A DNA stretch of 64,000 nt from Phoronis australis (GCA_002633005.1 NMRA01000682.1:144148-208147); one strand, 5' to 3'. Positions 1 through 12,298 are shown, numbered from the stretch's first letter. Notes: generated from the letters alone by a model not told the origin. Numbers and translations: made by a program.

Positions 1-650
1 TTATAAAAATCGATTTTGGTTCAATTTTAGATCTCTACATGTACATGTAAGTTGTTATTCGAGTCCGACCCAATTGATATTTTTCAACATTCAATGTTTT
101 GGGAAAAGCAAAACATGGCTCCATTTTCTAATTTTCAATTCCTAGGGAAACAAAAATCGATTAAGGCTTTTCACACAGAGACCGTGTAAAAACACATTTT
201 ACGATAAGCGCAGAAAGGTATCTGTTTAAGAATCCTTTGCCCTTCATATTTTCTTCTGACAGTCGGCAGATCCAGAACGTAAGTTCACCCAAGAAATTTA
301 AGATTGTGAGTAACTGTAAAACTGTAGAAATTTGCTTAGCTTAGAACTCCGTTTCACTAAAATGGCTAATCGGATTCAAATGAAAGAAAGAAAGTGTCAA
401 TTTTGTAAAGTCCAGACCTCCAAAATGATTTGCAACTTGTTCAGTTTGTATTGGATTCTTTAGGAAATTTGGAAATTGATAACTTTTATCAAAAATATGT
501 TTTATAATTTTATAGATATTTTGCTAAATCAGCAGAGCTGATAAGTTTACCCATTTCCTTTAGTGTCGCATAGAATCTGTTTAAAGGAGCTGGGAATTTG
601 CTGCCTCATAATTAAGAGATGTAAAGCATACAAAAAGAGTGTACACGTAC

Positions 651-692
651 CTGTAAAACCACAGCAAACAATGCAAATATCTCCGACGTCAT
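651..692 (-). CDS. possible signal-peptide exon of a second gene running off the left edge
   Basis: tgtttttcag|ATG...CAG|gtacgt encodes MTSEIFALFAVVLQ; an upstream gtaagt donor at 741 would give a 49-nt intron. No further exons were found. Confidence 0.3.
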
Positions 693-1342
693 CTGAAAAA
701 CACAAGACAAACGCTAGTTAAGTCCTTCAAAGTTAACTTACCGTCTTTGTTTCATTTTGGTTGTTCTGGCGCAAATTCAAAAATCACGTGGACAGTCCGC
801 CAATTTCGTCTCGAAGGAGGAACCTTGTCAGCGGACCACACTAATTTCTTCCACGGAACAGAATGATTGACAACGGAGGTCAAACATACATGTAATAAAA
901 TGTAGCTGCTGTTTTATCCAGGAAAGTTTGTTGTGAAGCACATTGAGTCTGGTTTGCAAAAAATTACTCACCATTAAGTTAAGTTCTTAGAGCCTCGGAG
1001 ACATTAGGCCTATTGCCAAGTTACCTAAATGATTAACGCCCACAGACGCAATTTTAAAGCCAATATAAATAAGTCATTTCATTTTAAAGGCAATTTAGCG
1101 AAATTTTTAGTGAAGGGTTCGTTTTTGTTATGAAGACTACATCACAGTAAATGTATTGATGTCTGCCAGACAAATTTACCAAAATTGCACGGTGTATTCA
1201 AACGTTATCTCTATTTTGGAATCGAATTTCGACTCAAATTTAATGATGTCTGCCATATTGGAAGACTGCGAGTTTGATTTTTTCATTTTTTCACATATTT
1301 CTTGCTGTAAAATTTAGTGACACATACCTTTACACACCGTTC

Positions 1343-1582
1343 TCTATGATTCAAGAGTTTTTACTATCTATGATTCAAGAGTTTTTACTATCTATGATTC
1401 AAGAGTTTTTACTATCTATGATTCAAGGGTTTTTACTATCTATGATTCAAGAGTTTTTACTATCTATGATTCAAGAGTTTTTACTATCTATGATTCAAGA
1501 GTTTTTACTATCTATGATTCAAGAGTTTTTACTATCTATGATTCAAGAGTTTTTACTATCTATGATTCAAGAGTTTTTACTA
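1343..1582. repeat. 24-bp minisatellite, 10 copies
   Basis: (tctatgattcaagagtttttacta) x10 with one variant unit; it produces the SMIQEFLL repeat ORF. Confidence 0.95.
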
Positions 1583-2122
1583 GCGTTTAATCACGCAAGT
1601 ACATGACTTATTGAGAAGTTAAAATGCTCACAACTCACGTTGGAGGACAGTGACAAAATGGCGACTTTGCTGAATTAAGCGACATGTTCAAAAGGATCTT
1701 TGTCATTGGTGAAGGTTTACCTATGATGCATTTGATGACACTCTGCGTTGTCAAGAGTGCACACAATTTGGCATTTATATTTCCGTTTGCAGTTTTATCC
1801 AATTCCAAAAAATGAAGTTGCTTTCAATTTTGGCGTATAGACTGATATTTGAAAATCTCCTAGTTTTTACATGTACATAAACTGTTTTTTGTACTTCAGG
1901 CTACATCGAAGTCAGAAAATGCGACACATTTTATTTGATTCACAGTAACACGCTAGACTGAGTCGTCATGGTAACAGTTTACATGTCATCTTTCGATCGC
2001 ATTCACCTTACTGTGATGAGATCACTTCAGATTTAAGTTCCTAAATGTAACACTCAATTATTTGAAAACTGCAACTATTATTAAAATCTCTTTGTCTATT
2101 TACACCGACCTCTTGTCACTGT

Positions 2123-2172
2123 CACGACGTTTCGACGTTTCGGTAGGTCTATTCTCCGGCCATCGTCAGGTG
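2123..2172 (-). ncRNA. type I hammerhead ribozyme motif (left arm)
   Basis: Reverse complement reads CAC-CUGACGA-U-GGCCGG-agaauaga-CCUACC-GAA-ACGU-cgaa-ACGU-C-GUG; stem II 4 of 6 paired, GUC cleavage triplet. Confidence 0.6.
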
Positions 2173-2213
2173 TTTCCGCGTTCTTAGAAGAACGAGGACG
2201 GATATGTGGTAAA

Positions 2214-2290
2214 TCCGCGGTGTAGCAGTTAAAGTGCTGGACTCGAATTATCTGTAGTTTCAGAAGTGGGTTCAAATCCTGCCTCGGACA
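2214..2290 (+). pseudogene. tRNA-derived (Ser/Leu-like) segment, not a functional tRNA
   Basis: GTTAAAGTGCTGGACTCGAA resembles the D and anticodon region of class II tRNAs; GGGTTCAAATCCTGCCTCGGAC resembles the T arm and acceptor end. The D arm is shortened and the anticodon stem is broken. Confidence 0.6.
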
Positions 2291-2349
2291 AAAAATTCAC
2301 ACCAGGTTTGTACCACATATCCGTCCTCGTTTTTCTAAGAACGCGGGAA

Positions 2350-2399
2350 CACCTGACGATGGCCGGAGAATAGACTGACCGAAATGTCGAAACATCGTG
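2350..2399 (+). ncRNA. type I hammerhead ribozyme motif (right arm)
   Basis: CAC-CUGACGA-U-GGCCGG-agaauaga-CUGACC-GAA-AUGU-cgaa-ACAU-C-GUG: 3-bp stem I, stem II 5 of 6 paired, 4-bp stem III, AUC cleavage triplet. Confidence 0.65.
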
Positions 2400-4619
2400 A
2401 CAGTGTAAATAGACAAGAGGTCGGTGTAAATGGACCAATAGATTTTAATAATAGTTGTAACACGCCACCACCTCAGAGCGGTTTTAGAAAGTGATGTGGA
2501 AACTGTGAAACCCATCCGTTTATAATGTTTACCATCATCTAGTGACTTATCTACTATTGATACCAAACAGTGGTTTAGATTATTTCTATACCGAGGGATA
2601 CTAAGCATAAGTTTTGGTTCATGAGTACTATAAGTAACATTACTGTTTAGAAATCAAAGTAACGATACATCTGGGCAAGAAGTCACCATTCCGGAAAAGG
2701 AATATTTACAGAAACAATATCAACAGTAATAAAATATACACGCATTTGTACACACACAGAAAAGTATTTAAGAGATGCTTACAAAGGTAAGTTGATAGGT
2801 TACGCAAAGACATTTGATAGTAAACTTAAAATTGCTAAAAAACACTCCAAAACCAAATATCACTCCGTTATGTAATTTACCGTAACTTACTTTTAATGCA
2901 GAAAATGTCTTGTTGAAAAATTCCTTACACCAGCTTCAATAGGTTGTCGAAAGTGGCTACATATTTTGTTCAGCATCTCAGCCAGGTCAATGGTTATATG
3001 ATAAATTTCCATGAACCAAAAATTAGTCAATGTTGAACTACATTGCTGTTATAAATCAAGACTTCTTACAAGTCTCGTAACGTTACCTGCATATCGGACG
3101 ACTGGTAATTATTTATTAAGTTATTGAAATATTTGCAGATGAGTTGCTAGTAACTGTTGCAGAGACAGGACACGGCAAAATACTTTAATAAAAACTGAAG
3201 TTATTTAAATTAGCCCCAAAATGAAACTAACGCATGTTTTGTGTGATGCATTCCCAATAACAAAGTTTTTTTCATTTTTAGACATGGCAATAGCAAAAGC
3301 TACAAAATAAAACCAAAGCCAAAGTACCAATAGTCAAAGGAAAATCATTTCAAGTATTTACAGCCTGTTCTACTTCTTTCCGGTTACCTGTATATATACC
3401 GTTAGACAAAAAATAATTCGTAAAATTTTACCTTCTAACTTGTATGAGCACCCAAGCAGTCACAACTGTACATGGAAATATATTTCCCTTTTATGTATTA
3501 TGATGGCAATAACACCGAAAAAAGTTGCTGTGAATTAACAATAAACCTGTCAGTTTTGAAAAGGTGCGACATGTGATTCCTGCTCATGCGGCTTGAGCGG
3601 CAACAAAAGCCTTTAGACGATACTCCTTACATGAGCGTTTCAAAGGAAATATGAACAACATACAGGTGTTCGGTGTGCTCAGCGACATTTTAGAAGGACT
3701 TATTTAGATAAAATCTAGCCCCGCCCTCTGCTAAACGAGCTTTAGTGACGAGTGTCTGGGACTAACCTATAGTACACACCTCTTTGTTGACCGGCGCTGT
3801 TTTCATATGCGCAAAGGTTGCTAGGAAAATGTTTGACGTTTGTAGACGCACGAGCAACACGCTGGTGAGGTGAGTTGTGTTTGGGTGAGGTAATCAGGGC
3901 GATCAAAAAAGCAACTAATAAATGTGCAAATCCGGTAACAGGTTTCACTATCACTTGAGGACTTAGAAACATAAATCAAAATCAAATTTCATTGATTATT
4001 AAGAGATGAAAAACATTCGTCTACGTTATGAGTCGCATGCCGCCTAAAACCGAAAATCGTCTCCTAAATGGTGAAATTGTTTGACTTTACATGATTTTTC
4101 GTCTTCCTAACATTATAAGCAGGTACTTTCGTCCTTTACATAACGTATTTTTTCATTTTAATTTAAAATATTCCTGCTTTAATTTCGGACGTGCCCGAAA
4201 AAACGGCCAGACGAGTATATTTTTAGAAAAACCGTATGCAAGGGTCTGCTCTCGGAAACGAGCTACTTTTTAAGCGTTTGTGATTTTGAAAAGACACTAA
4301 AAGTTTTCATTGTCGCCTTCACAAGTCACGTTTGTGAAGTGTGCAAATTGGGACGGTACAAGCGTCACTGCTTTTACTTACAAGGTACCTATTGTACACT
4401 GTCTTGCAGGCTTCATTTCCTTTACAAAACGGGTCCAATAAAGACTTTTTACAATTGGTCCATGGAAATAAAACAAGACTTTACGAATTGGTGCATTCGT
4501 TGCCCTGACCGGGATAATTTTTTGCTCTTGGTTTGTTTCTTTGCATTCTAAAGGTCGCATTAGCACAAAATTGTCACAAAACCCCTAACTATGGAATAGC
4601 TCAAAGCCTGAAGTTTTTC

Positions 4620-5250
4620 GCCATGATCGGAGTCAAGAAGGGGGACGTGGCGACCATTTTGTTTTTGAATTCAGATTCAAATGCTCATAGAGGTCGCGAT
4701 TTTTGACGTAGACGGCTGAAAATCTACACTATTACTGTAACAGACGTGTATTATACATTTGCTTTGAATTGTGAACTTCGAGTCAAAGATGGTGGAAATA
4801 TCGGCTACTTAACCGGAAGTTTCAACTTGACGGACCTGACGCCGTTTTATCACTATTGAATCGTGCTGGGTTGTTATTTTAAACACAAGAGCAAATGACG
4901 TGAAACTTTACATCCGGATTTAAGTTTTACTCTTTCAAATGAATACTAACTTTTTCTTGTACAGGCCGTTTTAATTAGTTGACTGTCATCTTAAGAAATG
5001 TATCGTCTGATTTTTTTCGAAAATTTCGGGAATTTATTGCAACTATTTGGTGTGATAGAACTTTGAAAGGGTTTTCAGAAGGTGTTTTCTATTTTTCGAT
5101 AGGACGTCCCTTTATTGATTTTTGGGGATTTTGTGATGACGCTGTTCCTTTGTTGACTGACTTTTGCCGCACTTTTGTTTACGTTTTATTGCGCAAGACT
5201 ACGTTTCTTACTCGTTCGGGACATTTTCATTCATTATACTTACTAACTTA
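4620..5250 (+). repeat. interspersed repeat, diverged homolog of 10190-10840
   Basis: Shared collinear blocks such as ggacgtc...gttgactga.tttt...caagacta..tttcttactc. Confidence 0.6.
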
Positions 5251-5269
5251 TAAAGATTCATGTTGGTGC

Positions 5270-6285
5270 CGCTGACTGTCGCTCATCTTCTGCTTTATAG
5301 GAATCTCCATTGGCCGTTTCGGCCCTGATCCAATTCCACTTCCAATACCCGGGCTCCATGAGGTAGAAATTTACCTCAGGTCTTGCGACAGTCATGTTTC
5401 CATGTGTTACTTCTCTGCAGCCAGATGTATGCTGAAGCTGCTTCTGTTGCTACTGAACAGGTCTTTTGTAGTTTTTGCGTAATGACTTGCATGTTGTGAG
5501 CACCATAATCTTCGTCATTCTCCGTAATTCTTTGCAGTAATCTTCTACAGCCAACATCTACACGAATGTCGTGACACTTCAATCTACATTTATTACCTGT
5601 GGAGTGATGTATTAGACCTTGAGACTTTTAAAAGTGTTTTTTTTTCTCGTCAGCGACATCGACTGTCGTCTCCCATGTCAGTGTTAGCTCTACTATGGCC
5701 TATTTTTTCGGGCTGTCTGACCTTTAAACTATATCAGACCTCATTGCTGTCACTGCTCTGTTTGTTGGAAAACTTGCTAGACTTTCCATATCTACGGACA
5801 TCTTGCAGTCTATGGATTTGTGGAATAAACTCTGGTGTTGACTTCCTCTTTCATCACTGCACTTTTCCCTGCTATTCTTTCAATGGCCAAGGCCTTCGGC
5901 ACTTGTTTATGCCTCCACTTGTATTTGGCCTCTGCCACTGCTGCTTTGCACGCCAATAGTATGGGCTACAAAGTTCCCCGTTCCCATCAGCTAACACATC
6001 TGTCGTCTTCAGTTTTCCCCATCGACTCAAATTCCTCGTCGTGGGTAGTTGTTCGTACTCCGCTCTAAGCACAAGGCTGAGTTTTTGACTTTCCGATGAC
6101 AACAAATCTTCTGGAGTGACCTTCTTTTTGAAGCAGCTATGTCAAGTTCTCCATTCACCCTGCTTCTTAAGTCCCCTGCTATAGCATCCCTCTCCTCTTC
6201 CTCTGCAACGCGTTTCCTCAGAAGTGCTAAATCTCCACCTTCCTTCCCTTTTGTCTTGTTCCACATGTTAGATGGTATTAAACCC
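5270..6285 (-). mobile_element. HERO-type non-LTR retrotransposon, 3' part (zinc knuckle, restriction-like endonuclease, 3' UTR), decayed
   Basis: Frameshifted motifs YEQLPTTRNLSRWGK, MRSDIV...IVELTLTWE...EKKK (PD-(D/E)xK type), VDVGCR and AASAYIWLQR match HERO-clade C-termini. Confidence 0.75.
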
Positions 6286-7149
6286 TGCCCTTGTGTCAGA
6301 ATTAATATAGATTAAGTCATTGGAAAGAATAGATCCATTTTAAGTTGCCGAAAATTTGTGAATATTTAATTTTAAATCATGGGGTCAAACTTGTTGATAT
6401 GTATTTTAACGGCAAAATCTATTTTTAGATGGTGTTTACAACTTTGGGTTCAGAGCAATCTAGAGATTCTAGAAAATTCTGAGAACACATCGTAACAGCC
6501 AAGGATATGATTAGATAAGACCATGTGGTTTTTATCAGCCAATCACTAAATGAGTAGAATATTATAATATGGGCTAAAATCAAGAAGATATTCACATGTG
6601 CCATTGTAGTCGAATCATAAAGGCTTGCTACAGTGTACAACAGAGCCATCTCAAAAGATTCTAGAGAGGATCTTGACAGGCCCAAGGGTTAACGAAAAGG
6701 AAGTTAACTAAGAGCTTGTCACTTGCATCGTGGGTAGTAAGATACTGCATGAAGTGTTGCGCCAGCAGAGTCTGTGAGCAGCAAGAAGAATCGTGGGTAG
6801 TAGAAATTGCTTGCAAGTGTTGCAACACCAAAGACGGTGACCAGCAATTACACTGTCTCAATACAGTGTGTGTGTAGTTCGAAAATTCACCAACAGGACA
6901 GTCATCCAACAAGTGGAGAGTCCTACCTTGGATAGAAGATAAGACATTTCATTACTTTGGTTCATTGATTGAAGAAATCTTTAAAGAGGGCGCTAGTGTA
7001 GTTACTCGTATTTGTAGTTGATTACTTAATTAGCAATAGGTTTCACTTGTCTAATTAGTGGTTATCATATAATAAATGAATTACTGGATTTGATTATTCA
7101 CTCTCCATCTACGCACAATCGCTAAGCATAGCTAACTTTTAAACAAACC

Positions 7150-7750
7150 CACAGTCAATCTCTGACACATTGTCTTGCCACGTACACTGTTCCTACTATA
7201 TCGCTGTGCCGCAATCTGCTCTCTGCCACCGCCGCCGACATATCCCACTTTATACCTGACGTGATCTCTACTCTAGCACGCCTCACCAAACTATCCTTAG
7301 AACCCTTCAACGTCATCCAGTCTCTATCTTTCCCGACCTTGGACTCCTGCACTAGTGACTTTGTTGGTAAGGCGACTTGCCGTATAGATCGACCCACACT
7401 CGTAAAAGTTGCTGGTACTCCCAACCATTTCCTGCGATGACTTTCCCCTCAATCAATTCCACGACGGTCAAGCGTATGTTATAGATACCCTGCCTGACGC
7501 CATACCAGTTTTGGCTATATTCCAAATTAAGTAACACCACATGTTGTATCTTCCTGGAAGTTTACTCGCGTCGATCTCACTCAGGTTCCCCACCATCATA
7601 CACGTACGTACTATTCACTGGCTTTTGGACTCCCTCGGTGTTGTGTCATAATTCTTGTCTGGGTATTTCAAAGGGTTCTTGTCCAGAGATGTTATGGATT
7701 CGCCGTCAATGCTGAAAGGATCATGGTGGCAAACTTGCCCCTTTTTCGGG
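7150..7750 (-). mobile_element. HERO-type retrotransposon, region after the RT domain, decayed
   Basis: GVPATFTSVG...LPTKSLVQESKVGK.R..MTLKGSKDSLVR...SGIKW...AESRLRHSDIVG, and FSIDGESITSL...PLKY; collinear with the 5270-6285 piece. Confidence 0.75.
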
Positions 7751-8400
7751 TATATCGTTTTTTCGACTTCCTCGAGAGCCCGAACTGGGGCTTAGGAAGT
7801 GGCTCGCGGTGGTGAAGAATGAAATCTACGCTGTTAATAGCAAGTATGAGGCCGTGAATCATCTCCGTGTCTGGGGCCGGCATTTTGTCGACAGTGATTT
7901 CTCTAACGAATACCGGTTTACCAAAGAACTATCCATACTTTCCATTATCTGTGCATGTTCACAACCCTTCTTCAGTATTTCATGATCAGTGTATTCCGGT
8001 TCGAACTGATAGGCTGTGAAACCTAACGATCCGACCCGTGAAGTCTTCGTGGGATGAGCTCTTGACTACTGAAGTCGGGATCGGCGCCGGGCGAGTTGCC
8101 ATGTATTCTGCGTTCTGTTTGAAAATGAATTATTCTCATCCTAACCAATGCGTATATAAAACTGAAACAAAGTCTGTCTCAATAGATACAATTTGTAATG
8201 CCTTTGCAGTATTCGTGAGTGCAAATGTCGAGGACCACGCTATGAATAAACCACTGCATTACCGGCCATTGATTCCGGCAATTAGGTTATTGACCGCATA
8301 CATTCATTTCCCAACGCAAAGTATCACCCGTCGCCCTACTATGGCAAAGAGAATCTTGATTATATGCAAAGAAAAGAAATGGATGTTAAGTCCTCTACTT
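7751..8400 (+). mobile_element. internally deleted Kolobok-like THAP element, partial copy
   Basis: Closely similar to 49730-50260; THAP remnant KWLAVVKN...LRVWGRHFVDSDF. Confidence 0.7.
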
Positions 8401-8439
8401 TTTTGTCGCTACTTCGTTGGGGATAAAACACCCCTCGGA

Positions 8440-9230
8440 CTTGGCCCATCCGCTTGAGAGTGTTTCGGATTTCCAAAGTGCCCGCAATAGCTTCCACAAG
8501 AGTGGGCACCACTTGTAGACTTTGTAGGACAATCCTGAAGGAGCCGCTGTTGAGCTCATACTTGCTTTTTGACCCCTTCCTGCACTTCACATTGCTCTGA
8601 CTCCCCCATTTCAAAGGTCACTCCTGGTTGATCCCCAATGATCATTCAGTCGGCTGGTGGTTGTGGATTGTCACGGCCTAAGTCGTTGTGCACCTACTTG
8701 GGATGTACCTGTAGTTCTTCTCTTGTGGCTTCCATCTTTCCACTAACCACCTTAGCCAGTAGCTGTTTCACGAAACCATAAAGGTTCTAGATGAATTTCT
8801 GTCTTCGTGTCGCGTAATCTTTGCGTTGATTTATTAGCCTTTCTGCTCGCCTCAGGTTTAACAGAAGGTCCCTCAGCTCCTCATGCAAGACCGCTAAGCC
8901 TTCTCTCCGTCCGTTAGCACTCATGTAGATCAGGGTAAGGTGTCGAAGTTCTGCACGGATGTCGCTTATTTTTCTTTGTCTTGGAATGGGTCCCGCTGAT
9001 GTTTTGTTCTCTTTTTTGTTTCACAATCACTCTAATTCTGTCCTTAAAGACATCGCGTCTGTTATTGTTGACTTCTTTCTTTTAACAGATCTTTTCAATG
9101 ATACCTTCCAGATGCTTTTCAGGTTTTGATGTAACTGACTATTGTGTATGCATTATTTGGCCAGGACATCTTCTTTACCGGTTGCGAGTTGGCCAGATCA
9201 TTTTCGTGTAATCGTCTTGTCAGTTCTTCA
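8440..9230 (-). mobile_element. HERO-type retrotransposon, region before the RT domain, decayed
   Basis: Minus-strand fragments RQRKISDIRAELRHL, LRRAE and YGFVKQLL resemble the basic helical region that precedes RT in HERO elements. Confidence 0.65.
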
Positions 9231-10189
9231 ATGAGTTGCATCGGAGTGCGAGGAACCGACAAACTCTAATTCCACCAGTAATTGCAGCTTGAAAAAACAA
9301 ACTGTTAACTAAAACTATTTCAACGTATCATGGAGTATATTGCGAATGAGTATACACCCTGTACAATATAGTGCAAATAATAAAAATATGACATTATGTA
9401 AATTCACTTTAACGTACCCTCTCCCTAATTTTATTAGGACTGGCCCGTTAATGGTTGCTCGTGGAACTATTTCCGTGACTACGATAGCCCGTTCTCAAGC
9501 CCTATTCAAGACCACCGGCGTTCACGCCACTTTCTGTTTTCAATCACGAGAATTCAGCCAGAGCAGACTCCCGTGTAGGTATGTGCTATGGGAAAGTCAC
9601 CCAACGGCGTAATACGATTATGAAATATGTAGAAGGCGCACTGATACCTCTATTGCAACAGGTCGTGGGTAGTGGATCATGGGTCGAGGGAGTTGTGGGT
9701 CGAGAAATGTGGGGATCGAAGGGGGTTTCAGAAAAATCCTATTCTTACATTCTTGCTCACTTTCCCACACATGCTGCAATTGTTGTCGTCGAGTTAGGCG
9801 TTGTCCTTTGACTGTCGTTGGTCGTCACGGTCATGTTGGTTCTTCCTCCACCCCCGCTCTTGCAGAATTCTGGGGGCTATTCTCTTTGCAAAATATGTGG
9901 GTGTCGATCTTGAAAATCGACTGCAGGATTGGGCTGCAAACTCGTCTGCCCCGTCCAGCCTATCGCGGATATCACTTGTCCACGGTTATCGTTTTATTCA
10001 TCATCGCCACCATCAATAGCATCATTGTCAAAATCATCTCCTTTCCCCACTAATCGTCCGATACTCTTTGCAGTCAATTTTTCTACAGGTGTCTCCTCCG
10101 AGCGCTTTCATCAAATTACATGTCATATTTTTCGTCTCATTCGCACGAAATTCTCACAAAGCTTCGGAATAGCTCGACTGTTATTATTT

Positions 10190-10840
10190 TTCGTGATGAT
10201 CGGTTTCAAAATGGCGGATGTGCCGGCCATTATGTTTTCAATTCGGATTCAATCATACACCATTATTGTAGCAGACTACAGTAGAACGGTTGTGTTAAAA
10301 TTGACGGTAATAGCGGACATTGCGTTTGGGCACTTCGATCTTGCAACGAGAACATTTTATCCTGCTAAATGCGCATTGTAGAACCAGTTGCTTCGAAATT
10401 GTATGTGTTAAATTCATGTAAGTATTTGTTATCGAATGCTAACTAACGGGAATGGTGTATCTAACACATGTTCATGACTATTCAGTCGCGATGGGATTTT
10501 ATCTTGAACAAATTGGATTCTTTACCAATAATTCTTTCAAATGAATAAGAACATTTTTTCTCAGACGTACAATTTTGGAGTTACTTGACTTTCCGTTTAA
10601 AAATAAAATGCAAAATTTAAATTCATTTTGGAAAATTTGTGAACTTTTGTGAAAATGCTTTGTTAGATTGAGTTTTGAACAAGCTTGCAGAACGCTAGGA
10701 CGTCTCTTTTTTAATTATCTGGGATTTTCTGAATATGACGATGTTCTTTTGTTGACTGATTTTTGCTACACTTTTGTTGGTTGACCTTCTATTTAACAAG
10801 ACTATCTTTCTTACTCATTTCTGACATCGTCATGCCTCAT
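10190..10840 (+). repeat. interspersed repeat, diverged homolog of 4620-5250
   Basis: Same collinear blocks, followed by a degenerate (CAT)n tract. Confidence 0.6.
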
Positions 10841-12298
10841 ATGATTTTATCATCATGTTCATCATGGCCACTATCATTATCATCATCAGGATCATGATTG
10901 CTTCTATTGCCAGTTATCTTACATTGTTTTTTTCCGTCGATTTAGCCAAGTGTCGCTCATTCGAAAGCTTTTGCTTTTTTGTTTTAAAAAAATTTAGAAG
11001 GAGGCTTCGAACTATGGAGCTGAACCATCTTTTTTTCAAAATTAGTAATCGCATTGTGTCTGCGGTAAATGGTACGCCACGGTATCGAAGAAGTATAAAA
11101 TTGTAAACTTTAAAACGATACCAGTACTGCTTTGCGTGAACTGTGGCGTAATCCTAGCGGGTGAATTACGAACAGCTGTTAACAATCGTTTACTTTGGTG
11201 AGGTTTCTTAAGACCGTACTACATATCTCAATGAAAGACTCGTGTTTCACGAGTACGTTACTGACCTTACAAGCGTACGCAAACAAGTTGGCCGCTAGCA
11301 ACTTGGCTAAAACCAAAGATCACAAACTGGTTCAACATCTGGGTCAGCAATTACTATTCTTTTTATTATAATCTCAAGGTACAGTGCGTGCCTACATTTC
11401 TCTGCTCGAGAATGTCATGTTTTACGAGGATCCCTGCCAAATCTTAGTTTTCACGTGTGAAACCTTGCATTAAAGATATTCGTACGAGATTGAACTCGAA
11501 ATGGCCGATATTGGTAGCTCGAATCTAAAAGTAATCAAGTGCGAACTCGTGCCAGAATCTCGTCTCAGAAACCATTAATTACATGTATAGTAGGCTGTTA
11601 CTGCACATTAAGTTTCTTTTTGTAGTGAAGGAGGGCGGAGAATGCCAAGCACACATGTAAATTTGAATTCGTTTTCGAGTGACAAAGATTAGACCCCTGG
11701 TACTGGGCTATCTTCCATCACAACTCTAGACATGTAATGCCAAGTCTCGCACGTAATCCATACATGTTTGTGTTAGAGCTTGCGACAACGAGATTTCACG
11801 GGACTGGCTGAGAGAATTTACAAGGTGAAATTCCGCTTGTCTGCTCGACTGTGCTTTAATCGAGTGTTGTAGTTATCAATCACGTCTTATTTCACATACA
11901 TTTTTTCGTTTTGTACAGAATGGATTCAGCAAGCGAGACTCTTAATGCACGGTTTCAGGTAACCAGCGATTTTGTGGCGAAATTAATCAACATACAATGT
12001 ACGCATCAATAACTCTGCCCTTTCCTTATATGCACTGACCCGTGATCCTGACTTGTTGGTACGTAGCGTAATCTGGTCTGTGATGTTTTTTTCAGCCCCG
12101 GCCTTAGAGACACTTTCTACACCCTATCGCACTACACGTTAGGAGTTTTTCAACAATACAATTTCGAGTATGGAAATCGTGCTACTTTACAGGAAAATGG
12201 CATTTGTGTTTGTTGTGCACTTATAACAGAAAAGAACTGGTGTGTCTACGTAACTTCCGAAAAATTACTGTTGTATTCATTTGCGTACATGTAGCTAA

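Larger units (their letters stand above)
2072..2457 (+). mobile_element. tRNA-headed SINE-like element with ~140-bp inverted arms carrying Penelope-type hammerhead motifs
   Basis: 2072-2211 is a near-perfect reverse complement of 2311-2457. The spacer holds a Ser/Leu-like tRNA-derived sequence with B box GGTTCAAATCC. Each arm has CTGACGA...GAAA...NUH. Confidence 0.75.

Noticed and set aside
1343-1582. CRISPR-like array
   Set aside because: Repeats are contiguous with no spacers; no cas genes; eukaryotic context.
1274-1606. 110-aa ORF with SMIQEFLL repeats
   Set aside because: By-product of a stop-free 24-bp minisatellite; starts at TTG and has no splice context.
2214-2290. functional tRNA gene (also 14650-14720 and 33310-33378)
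   Set aside because: No intact cloverleaf; all are embedded in repeat bodies and better explained as SINE heads.
5270-5345. possible permuted hammerhead in the HERO 3' UTR (GGCCGAAAC...CAGAAGA, minus strand)
   Set aside because: The core reads CAGAAGA rather than CUGANGA, and no convincing stem III or stem I could be folded.
9780-10130. acidic minus-strand stretch reminiscent of a piggyBac transposase N-terminus
   Set aside because: In-frame stops, no catalytic motifs and no TTAA-CCY terminus seen.
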